Program-made: the position numbers and the translations under genes
Shown here: positions 53,031-64,000 of the stretch, piece by piece
Layout of the letters: every line of letters begins with the position of its first letter
Numbering within the stretch: position 1 is the stretch's first letter
Notes under the pieces: model-generated
The model's input: only the letters and a program-made list of their open reading frames with translations
Told to the model about the DNA's origin: nothing
Databases searched by the model: none
Assembly (NCBI GenBank): GCA_012295275.1
Contig: CM022678.1
Location: 1 to 64,000, forward strand
Reading direction: 5' to 3'
From: Chrysomallon squamiferum
Taxonomy: Eukaryota > Animalia > Mollusca
Length of the DNA: 64,000 nucleotides

Positions 53031-55218
53031 TCTATCATTCAAATTATTTCACATCCATCACTGAAAGATGAAGGGTTTCTAAAATACCTCACCAAGGAAA
53101 AGAATGTTTATGACAAGTTGTCTGAAATACTTCATCAGAGACTGCATGTATATCAAAATGAGTATTTCTATATATCACTTGTACATGTAGATGCTCTTTA
53201 TAAAATATTTAGCAATATTTCATGTTTTTTTGACAATGATTCAAAGTTTCAGACTAGTGACATTTGGAATATAAAAGTTGAAAAAAGGTTTATAAATTCA
53301 TTATCTGTTCCAAGTGAGTGTGTTGTGAAAGGACTAAGAACATTATCACGATTTTTCACATCAAATGTGTGTAACATGGAATTACCGTATCTGAAAAATG
53401 AACTTTTTTATATTTCTTGTTTGTTTGGTGATGAAGATGTTGTGAGAATGTTGCTAAAATCAGGTGTTATTCCAACATTTGATACATTCAGTGCAGCTGC
53501 TTGTTCAAAAACAGACAGTGCTACCATACTCAAAGAACTGTTCCAGTATAAAAAGAAAATGAAATTGAGTCAGTATTTCTATTTTTTCAGGTAACATGAA
53601 CATTGCCTGTCTGTTAGCTGACATGATAAATAATGAGAAACGCAACAGTGAAATCAATGAAGAAGCTGTAAAACTGTTATTGGTTAGATTCCATAGAAAA
53701 GTAAGACTTAAATCAAATTATAAGGCAGATGGCATGTATTTGGAGACTTCTAAAGTTGTTGATGTATGCTGTCTTTTTAAGAAATTGGTTTCCATTGATA
53801 TAATAAACAAAATTAAAGATATTGCTGTCATTGCTGCTGGTCAGAGTACTTCAGGTGTTATAAAAGAAATAGTAAAACTGAAACCTGATTGTTTAAATGA
53901 TGAGAACAGAGATAAAGTACTTTTAGCAGCAGTAATTTGGGGATCTACTGACACAGTGAATTTTCTCATTGAACAGAGATGTAATTACACAGATGAGAAC
54001 AACTGGAAGAAAGGTGAAGTACTGAAAGTGGCAGTGATGTTTAACAGTGTAGATGTTGTTCAGTGTCTTCTTAATAAAGGAGCTGATCCTAATGTGAATG
54101 TAGATGTTAACCAGAAATTGATTCAATTGTTTGAAGAGGAAATTAGATTAAAACTATATAAACCAAGTTTGAAATTGTTGCCTTCAGACACACTTCTCCA
54201 CATTTCTGTTCTGCGTGGTGACTTACATATGATAAAAGCACTGATAGAGAAAAATGCTGATGTTAATGCAGTAAACAGTGAGGGAGAAACTCCACTTCAT
54301 GAAGCTGTGAAATACAGTGAAATACAGAAAGGAAATAGCTTTGTTGTTACTGCAAAATGGTGATGATATTAACAGATAAACAAAAGAATTCAACATTGCA
54401 CATAGCTTGTCAAATTGAGATAGATGTGGTGAAAGAAGTAACAAGAAAAGGTTTTGAAATAAATGTAATTAACATTGAAGGGGAAACTCCTCTTTTTATT
54501 TCTATATACTACAACAAACCAGAAATAGCTTTTTATTTACTACAACATGGAGATGTAGAAATTGTGACAGCACTGATCAAAAAAGGGGTTGACATAAATA
54601 TTAAAAACAGTCAATGTGAAATTGCTCTTTTTGCAGGCTATAAATCAAAACAGAATTCAGTAATTTTGTGTTTACTGGAAAGGGGAGCTGATTTACACAA
54701 AGCAGCTGAATGTGGAAATGCTGTGACAGCACTGATTGAAGAAGGTTTTGAAGTAAGTATTAGAAACAGTCGAGGTGAAACTCTGCTTTTTACAGTTGTG
54801 AACTCTCATGAGAACAAGGTTGTTTTGTTTTTACTGGAACATGCAGCTGATCTTTATATAACAAACAAAGATAACACTTCTGTTTTACATCTTGCAGCCA
54901 AATATGGACTTATAAAAATTGTGACAGCACTGATTGAAAAACATGTGGATGTAAACATTATAAACAGAAGTGGTGACACTCCTCTTTTTACAGCTATCAA
55001 GTATGGGCAGAACAAAGTTGTTTTGTACTTACTGGAACATGGAGCTGATCCTAATTTAAAAGAGTGATAAAAATTCTGTTTTACACATAGCAGCTATACA
55101 AGAAAATATAGAACTTTTGACAGCACTGATTGAAAAAGGATTTGATGTAAATGTTAGAAACAGTAAAGGTGAAACTCCTCTCTTTACAGCTCTGAATTAC
55201 TACAAATATGATTTTTAA
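53031..55218 (+). pseudogene. 5'-truncated, frameshifted long-exon ankyrin-repeat gene
   Basis: Consecutive ORFs 53031-53594, 53596-54363 and 54357-55067 carry ANK motifs (DTLLHISVLRG, GETPLHEAVK, TSVLHLAAKYG, GDTPLFTAIKYG). Frameshifts occur at a T-run (~53583), at a short duplication (~54315-54326) and at ~54365, and there are internal deletions. Confidence 0.88.
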
Positions 55219-57276
55219 AAGCACCCACCAGTTCTGTACTGCTGAGAATATTTTAAAATTGTGCAGAAATATTTTTGTATAAAAGTGACAATCATAAAAC
55301 GAACCCAGTATAAGTGTTGACAAGATATGTGAATTTTGTTTGTAATTTCTGTGGTACAAAGTTGATCAGAATTTTCAACTTCATCCTGAAATACATTGAT
55401 TTCTGACATAGTTTCATTTTGGACTGCTTCATTTGTACTTACTTTTAATATAATGTTGTATTTATGTGTGTGTTAAATAAAATGTACAGTTTTAACTTTT
55501 CAATTCAGAAGTATAATTATTGACACATTAGCCAGACCACATTTCCAAAATAAAATTTGTAAACAAATCGTGTTGAAGAATAAAAGCCAGTATAAGTTTG
55601 TGTAACTATATGGCTGTGTTGTCTGGTGTATATCTTAATACTGTAAATTGTTTCTATTCAGATATTACTGTAGTCTGTACTCTGCTATTTCTATTCTAAT
55701 ATTGTATTAATGCATGGTGTAGTTTTTGTTTCCATACAAATGTTGTATTGCCATATTTTATTATTTATTGTGTCTATTAAATGCTGTGTTATTGTTATAT
55801 AGTCTTCTGTTTCTATTCAAGTATTTAGTTGTCGATTGTATTTGTATGTAACAAGAAATATTATAATACTGTGTATGTTTATGAAATTTTAACTTGATTT
55901 TTACTTTTCACTGAAACACTTTGGGAGATTTATTGCACATTTCAATTTAAAAAAGTGTTAAGATATGTTAAGATTGCCAATAATAATACATAATACAACA
56001 GTACTAATACTGATGTTAATTTTGATCAGGTTATTCAGTCAGTGAAAAATCAGGCACTTTTTTAATCATATTTGTTACATCGTTCATGATGACTTGATTA
56101 TTACTTGTATTAGACTGTTCATGTAGAAAATATCTGTAAAACAGGATGTTATAATTAAACTTGTATTTTAATGTTGAGTGCAACATTTTTCATATAATGT
56201 TTGAAATTTTGTAAAATTCTTTTGAATTAGTAAATTTTTACTATGTTTATACTAAGTAAAATTGCATTTACATTTTAAAAGTAAAGTTTATATACATTTT
56301 TAGTTTATAAAATAGCTGTGTAGTACTAAATATTAATACCATTTTTATAGTAAGTAAACTTGTATTATAATGTTTAAGATTTTTATATATTTTTATTTTA
56401 CAAAATGTTTGGTTCTTTTTCTTGTTTTTAACAAAAAATGTTTTAGTTTTACATAAAATGTAATTGTTTAATGTTTAATATACACGGGGTGCAAAAGTAG
56501 GTATATAGTTATGAAAAATGAAAACACTTACAGTACTCATTGCATTTATTATTCAGTTGAAAAAGCTAATAAAAAAATACAAGCATTTTTATTAATTTAA
56601 ATAAAATATGGTTAATGACACTCAAAATAAGATAGCTTGCTAGATAGATATAATCCAATAATTAATAAAGTTAATGTAATTTTAAATTAGGAATATTTTT
56701 AGTTAATAATGTTTACATTTAGCTGTTTAATGATCCTAAAATAGTTAATAATTAATCAAGTAAATTTAAGTTTAAATTAGGAATATAGTTTAATAGTGTT
56801 TTCATATATCTGTTTGACATTAAACTATAATTGTGAAATTAAACTGATTTAATTTGTGTGACAAAAATTTAATACTATTATTTTATTTGTAAATAACTTG
56901 TATCAAATTACTTTTTTGTGATGAATTATGATTATTACTACTAAAACTATTTTGAGGAATGTATTGGACTTTGTATTACACTGATTGATTGTATACATTT
57001 CTTTTATTATTTATTTATTATTATTATTATTATATTTATTATTATTAATATTAAAAATTATTTTGAGGAATGTATAGTACTATACATTACACTGAATGAT
57101 TATTTTGTATATCTTGTATTATTTTTTTTCATAGTTTTATTTATTTATTTATTGTTGTTGTTGTTATTCGGGTATCTGTACAATTAATTTTTTATTTTAT
57201 TTTATTTTTAACTTTTATCTATTTAATAATTAGAACATACTGAATCAATTTGTATTACAAATACATACATACATAC

Positions 57277-57331
<55 letters not shown>

Positions 57332-58605
57332 ATTACCTTTCTTTTCTTATTTAATTTGCATGGTGGAATGTTTTTATTACCTTTATTTTGTGTATCAACT
57401 AACTTTAGATCAATCTTTAACTTACTCTTTTATAATTAACTGCATCTTTAGTTACTGGATTGTTTCTCATTTGTAACACATCCAGTTGTTACAGTCAATT
57501 TGATGGTTTATTAAGCCAACTCCAATAACAATAGTGTAATAGTCACCAGTGACCAAGTGTTTTTCATTGTATTCAGTTACAAAATGCAATGATAATAAAG
57601 AATTAAATTTAAAAAAAATCAGAATACAACAACAACAACAATAATAATACACAAGAAAGAAAGAAAGAAATAAAGAAGAAAAACCTAATGTTTATATAGT
57701 TGAGATGTGTTAATGTACGTTTATATACTTTATGTTGCACAATAAGTTTATCTACAATTGTCACAAAAGCAGCAAATCAGTTTAACAAAATACTTGGTTT
57801 GGTTGGTTGTTCAAGTCACATGATAGAGGGGTTGTCTTAAGTTGTTGTTTTTGTTGGGATTAGCAATGCAGGAAATTAATTAACGTTCCAGTATCATTGG
57901 TAATCAAACTGCTTTAAACTGCTTTGTTTTAACTTTGTTTTTTTTATTTGACTTCTGCTATATTGCAATAGAGATTAATTCCTTAATTATTCTCTAAGCT
58001 AATTGTGTAACAACTGGAAGAAGAGTCTATTACTGTATGCTAGGTAACTAAGCTAATTGCGTAACAACTGGAAGATGAGTCTATTACTGTATGCTAGGTA
58101 ACTAAGCTAATTGCGTAACAACTGGAAGATGAGTCTATCATTGTATGCTAGGTAACTAAGCTAATTGCGTAACAACTGGAAGATGAGTCTATCATTGTAT
58201 GCTAGGTAACTAAGCTAATTGCGTAACAACTGGAAGATGAGTCTATTATTGTATGCTAGGTAGAGGGCATCTGATTACCAATTTGATCTTGAACTGTGTT
58301 TTTATAAGGCGTGTGACAAATGGATGTGTACAAAATGGGATGATACTGATAAGCATACCACTTGATTGTGAAAGTCCATTAAATTGCTGATGTTTTAAAA
58401 TAATAATTAAATATCATAAAACTAATGTTATTATGTTGAATACTAAATGAAAGATATAATAAACGTTATTAATGTGTGTGTGAGACCAATATAATCTTGT
58501 TAAATAAGTAAATACTAATCTGAATTTTGTTGAGTTGAATTAGTTTAGAATTTACTGTATCACTAATTTCTTTAAGATTTTGATTCTATATATATTCTAA
58601 TGGTA

Positions 58606-58659
<54 letters not shown>

Positions 58660-58949
58660 ACAGTGTATTGTAATGCCATTAACAGTTATAATAAATATGC
58701 TTTATAAATGGTAATTACTTTTGTTTTCTTTATCAGATGAAGTACATTTAAAAAACAAAACCACACTGCACTGGAATAATTCAGTGTACGAGTTCAGCCT
58801 GACTTTCACTAGTGACACTGAATTACACACCAGCGTCTCTGCAAACTCTGCTAGTGGACTCTTCCATGCAAGTAAATTGTGGAATGTTCTAACAAAACAC
58901 AGACCCAGTTTATTATGTTAATTTCCTCATAAAAAGTAAATTAGTCATG

Positions 58950-59588
58950 TAATGTTTGACATGTTTTAGTGTAGATTCTCTAGGTTTTTGGGTGGAATGC
59001 AATATTTGTTATGATTCAGTAGATTTTCCTTAGGAATTGGGGTAGAGTGTGATAAATGTAATGTTTGGTATGTTTTAGTGTATATTCTCTAGGTTGGGGT
59101 AGAGTATGATAAATGTAATGTTTGGTATGTTTCAGTATATATTCTCTAGGTTGGGTAGAGTGTGATAAATGTAATGTTTGGTATGTTTCAGTATATATTC
59201 TCTAGGTTGGGTAGAGTGTGATAAATGTAATGTTTAGTATATTTCAGTGTAGATTCTCTAGGTTGGGATAGAGTATGATAAATGTAATGTTTAGTATATT
59301 TCAGTGTATATTCTCTAGGTTGGGATAGAGTATGATAAATGTAATGTTTGGTATATTTCAGTGTAGATTCTCTAGGTTGGGATAGAGTATGATAAATGTG
59401 ATGTTTGGTATATTTCAATGTATATTCTCTAGGTTTGGGTAGAGTATGATAAATGTAATGTTTAGTATATTTCAGTGTATATTCTCTAGGTTTGGGTAGA
59501 GTATGATAAATGTAATGTTTAGTATATTTCAGTGTATATTCTCTAGGTTTGGGTAGAGTATGATAAATGTAATGTTTGGTATGTTTCA
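58950..59588. repeat. ~57-bp minisatellite, ~10 copies (2-3 copies at ~42870-43050)
   Basis: Unit gggtagagtatgataaatgtaatgtttggtatatttcagtgtatattctctaggtt; it produces the spurious ORF 59188..59589. Confidence 0.92.
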
Positions 59589-60001
59589 ATCTTGTAGCCA
59601 GGTATTTCAGACTCTCACCTGAGCAATCAGGTCTTTCTCCTGTCTAAATATGAAAGATCCAAATAAGAAAATCTTTCCCAAAATGTTGGCTGTTGACAGT
59701 ACATTATGCAGTAGGTTGTTATAAGCAGAGTTCACTGTAATATCTCTAGTTAATTATTTTGTCTGTAGAAAAAAACAGCACACTCTGGAATCTTTCACAA
59801 GAAAATATAATCTGTTTTGTTTGTGTAAAAACTTGAATCTGTGACAACAACAGTATGATATGTTTAGTCTGTTTTTATTTTGGTTGCACTGTGCATTAAG
59901 ATTAAATAATACATATCTACACACAGTGACATAAATTAAAATACTCTTTAACACACACCTACACCGTAATACATTTAAAAACTCATAAAATACTTGCAGA
60001 C

Positions 60002-60038
<37 letters not shown>

Positions 60039-60959
60039 TAATAATATATGTACTCCACATCTGGTACTTTCTACACCTAGAGTAACACTCTTTAATTATC
60101 AACACAAACACAAAAGAAATGTACATTAAATACTTGCTAAGTCAGATGTATGTTAAAATGCTCACTAACTTTTACTGAACAAAATACATTAAAACTATCA
60201 GACAGACCAAGCAACCACTAAGAATATCTTCATTAACCTTGATGAAGAATTTAACAAAATTTCTGTTTATTAGTTGAAATTATTGATAGGAGAAAGGAAA
60301 TATAAATAATTCTGTTATGGAATGACTCCTGTCATGTTTTTTCAGTGGTTGAGAGGGTGTGGCTTATGTGCTGTATAGTGTGTTAAAAAGAAACCAAGCT
60401 ATAATTGGGTTTTTTTAATTTTAATTTTGTTTTGTTTTTTATTATTTTATAAAATCAGGTAGCAATACAGTGAAAATAAATTCTGTGGGTCTTGACAACT
60501 ATTGTGCAAAAAAAGAAATTGTTGTTATTGCTATTATTATGATTATTATTATCATCATTATTATTATACTTGAGTTATTTCACTTTTTTATTTTCTCATT
60601 CTGTATGGCTGTTTCCCATCACACTTCAGTGTGTGTGTGTGTGCGTGTGTGTTTGTATTCTAATTTGTATATAGAATGAACTGAACAATAAGTAAGTATA
60701 TATGTATGTCAGAATGCATGCATTTATGTATGTATGTATATATATATATGTACGCATGAATGTATCTATTGGTATTTGTGTATGTTTCTCTCTCTTTCTC
60801 TATCTCTATCTCTCTCTATGCCTGTGTGTATTGTGTGTGTATGGTGTGTGTATGTGTGTGTAAAGAAAGTGACCATGTTTTCATTCATGAAGGGGAAGTA
60901 ACTTTACTGTTGCTACAGAGGATTTTAGTTAATAAACAGGTATTATGTTTGAAATAGAC

Positions 60960-60993
<34 letters not shown>

Positions 60994-63391
60994 TTAAAAC
61001 GTTAAAAACAACAATTATATATATATAATAATAAAAGGATTGTATGTCTAAAGGGAAAAATAATTGTATTTAATATTAACTGTTTCTAGTATTGTAGACA
61101 GAGAAATACAGGTTGCTTTTTTCAGATCAATGTAAGGTATTTCGTGTAAATATTGAAGACAGTTATAGAAACATTTACAAACTACAACCAGAGTGATGAA
61201 ATACAAGTTGATTTGAAATACAGTCTAGTTTTGAAAATTAAACATAACATTTAAGTATATTTTAGAATTTTAACTAATAGTCATCTTCTTATTGTTTTAT
61301 TATAGTGAAGTATGTATACAGTATGTCTCTTTATTTGCTTGTGTGTGTGTGTATTTCTATATGTATGTGTATGTTAGTAATCTAAACAAATACAATATTT
61401 ACTTATTTATAATTCAGTTTAATCCATCTTTAGACTTTAGGTGAGTGTATATCATTAAACATTGTACATATTTTTTTCATTTTATTATTATCATTATTAT
61501 TAGTAGTAGTAGTAGTAGTAGTAGTAGTATTGACATTTTATCACAACACTGTATTATATTTTTTCATATACTTATATTTATTTATTACTACTACTACAAA
61601 TAAAATAAAAGTTAAAAGAAAATAGATTATTTAGAGAATTTTATAACAGAATGGATGTAAATAAGTATGTTGAAATATTAGACACAGGAAGAATTAAATG
61701 TGTATCACTAAATGCTATGAACGATAAAGAATCTGATAAACTTTGCACTAACACGTCACTAAATATGTCTATTAATATCTAACAGATTTCCTCTTCATAA
61801 CAGGTGTATGATTGATCCTAGTTTTGTGTACGTTTAAATATTTTATTTAAAAGTCTGGACTATGTGATAAATTATTGCATTTGGATGTGTGTGTATATCG
61901 GTATGAGTGTAATAATATTGTTACCGGTGAAAGCAGAATAAATAAATTATCTATCGTTATTCTTTTCGTTTTTTGTTCTATTTGATTAATTATTGTTAAA
62001 TCATTATTATTATTATTATTATTATTTGTTTATTATTTTTTTTTTTCTTCTCATTTTGTCATTTTCACGAAGAAATGGTGTTAGAACTGGATTTCATTTA
62101 ATATTATATTAAAGGTGCTTTGATTTTGACAGTGGAATTATACTAAAGAAAACGGATATTCTCTTAGAAAATGAGCTCTCTTTTTAAGAGGAAGTTTAAT
62201 GAACACTTTGTAATGGCTGTTTCCATGTGGTTAAACTTTTTGTGAAGTACAAATCGTTATCGAACGATCGTGTCAAATGATACGAGACGAATAACTGGTC
62301 CTGAGGTTACATTAGACTGACTGAATTTGTCAGAGCTGCTATGATGGCTGATGTAGTGATAGTTAAAACCACAGCTCTACGAAATAATGAAAATCGTTGG
62401 CTCATTTATTTTATTAAATATTAAAAATAATGTTATATTTCTTTCAATTTTCAAAAGTTAAATACCAGTGTAAGTGTTCAAGAAGATGGACGTAAACGTA
62501 AAGAGGTTTGACGTTTCTGTTAGTTAATGTTTTATATTATTTTTAAATGTGTATAAATACATTTTTTGGTTTCCAGTTCGTAGTTGGAAATAAACTATAA
62601 AGTCATCAAACATTCTCAGAAATCTGAACTAGATTCATTTAGTTTTGAAAACAAATCAAGAACTACTTAAAATTGAAAAATATTTGTAAATTCTCCAGTA
62701 TTTGTACTTATTTAAGTCATTAATAAATCGTGAATTGTTTTTATTTGTTTGCATATTACTAAAAGTTTTGTTAATATACCTGTCCTTGTCCTACTATTTT
62801 GCTGTGCCGTAGACGATGCACATAAACTATTTATTATTATTAATTTAAAAAACAAGATTAGCCACTGCATTAAGGCTGTGAGTTTTCTCTTTCACTACTT
62901 TTGTTTCTGACAACACTGTATAATAATAATAATAATTAAAAAATCCTATCTTTCGTCTTATAGTCAAAAATATTTCTGTTTTAGTTTTATGAGCTGGTGT
63001 GATAAATCAGGCTCATGAATCATCCTACATCGAACAAAGCCAGAACAAAACTATACTAAAGTTATATATTTAAGTTTTAACACAAGTAAACCATACTAAA
63101 ATATATTTATGTAAATAGTATACATATGCAAAACTATACTAAAGTTATATATGTAAGTTTTATACATATACAAAACTATACTAAAGTTATATGTGTATAC
63201 ACAACAAAACCTTCAGCTAACCTGTACAGCATTGTTACACCTGTATAACTAGTATTTGAATTTACCTGTATTATGGTCAGTGCTTGCAGGTGCATCTGTG
63301 GCCTGGCCTATGAATTTACCTGTGTTACACAGTTTATAGGTGTGGCTTACAGGTAAAACTGTATAACTGTTCAGCACTGTTACACAGATAC

Positions 63392-63930
63392 CGGCCACGT
63401 GAAGTGTTAAGGAAGGAAGACTTCAGCATGAAGGGACAGCTGACCTGTACAACACTGTTACACCTGTACAGGATTTTGTTTTGTTCACACAGGTATGGGC
63501 CACGTGAAGTGTTAAGGAAGGAAGACTTCAGCATGAAGGGACAGCTGACCTGTACAACACTGTTACACCTGTACAGGTTTTGTTTTGTTCACACAGGTAC
63601 GGGCCACGTGAAGTGTTAAGGAAGGAAGACTTCAGCATGAAGGGACAGCTGACCTGTACAACACTGTTACACCTGTACAAGTTTCATTTTGTTCACACAG
63701 GTATGGGCCACATGAAGTGTTAAGGAAGGAAGACTTCAGCATGAAGGGACAGCTGACCTGTACAACACTGTTACACCTGTACAGGTTTTGTTTTGTTCAC
63801 ACAGGTACGGGCCACGTGAAGTGTTAAGGAAGGAAGACTTCAGCATGAAGGGACAGTTTTGTTTTGTTCACACAGGGACACGTGAAGTGTTAAGGAAGGA
63901 AGACTTCAGCATGAAGGGACAGCTGACCTG
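63392..63930. repeat. ~104-bp splice-acceptor-containing minisatellite, ~6 copies
   Basis: Same unit as 52510-52805; a single unit is present at ~2760-2855. Confidence 0.92.
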
Positions 63931-64000
63931 CGAGTTCAAGTTTGCAACGTTTTCCTGCAGACAACATCAACAACACCAGCAAGACAGTGAGGAGAAAGAC

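Larger units (their letters stand above)
57781..64000. repeat. Segmental duplication copy 3 (runs off the window end)
   Basis: Colinear with 41457-46150 + 51774-52870 and lacks the transposon insertion. Confidence 0.93.

Noticed and set aside
56481-56512. Possible Tc1/mariner terminal sequence (tacacggggtgcaaaagtaggtatatagtt)
   Set aside because: No partner inverted repeat or transposase remnant was found, and it is too short to support a call.
59188-59589. 133-aa repetitive ORF (KYTKHYIYHTLPKPREYTL)n
   Set aside because: Translation of a 57-bp VNTR; the paralogous copy has only 2-3 units.

Overview
AT-rich, microsatellite-rich animal genomic DNA. It looks molluscan or lophotrochozoan from its LINE and ankyrin family style, but that is inference. 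There are no rRNA, tRNA or CRISPR features. The window is a birth-and-death cluster of ankyrin-repeat (ANK) genes built by tandem segmental duplication. Splicing the GT-AG exons by hand gives two paralogous + strand genes that the ORF track misses: gene A (~15.3-24.8 kb) and gene B (~29.6-38.3 kb). Both have a non-coding exon 1 with CRE/E-box motifs and an IRF/ISRE-like site in intron 1, an NLS exon (STPPKKKRKI in B), a Ser-rich exon, one or more symmetric phase-1 micro-exons encoding a RHIM-like amyloid signalling motif, and a terminal ANK exon. In gene B the RHIM exon (GGQSSIFFTNCESTQLGNFNVT/M) is amplified four times by an 800-bp tandem array. In gene A a CAA>TAA change at codon 5 disables the NLS exon. 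The rest of the window holds ANK pseudogenes (25.8-27.0 kb and 53.0-55.2 kb), a segmental duplication in three copies (1-3.1 kb, 41.5-53.0 kb, 57.8-64 kb) with copy-specific VNTR expansions, a nested TAG..CTA DNA transposon insertion (46.2-51.8 kb), LINE fragments and a 2.9-kb 9-bp satellite.
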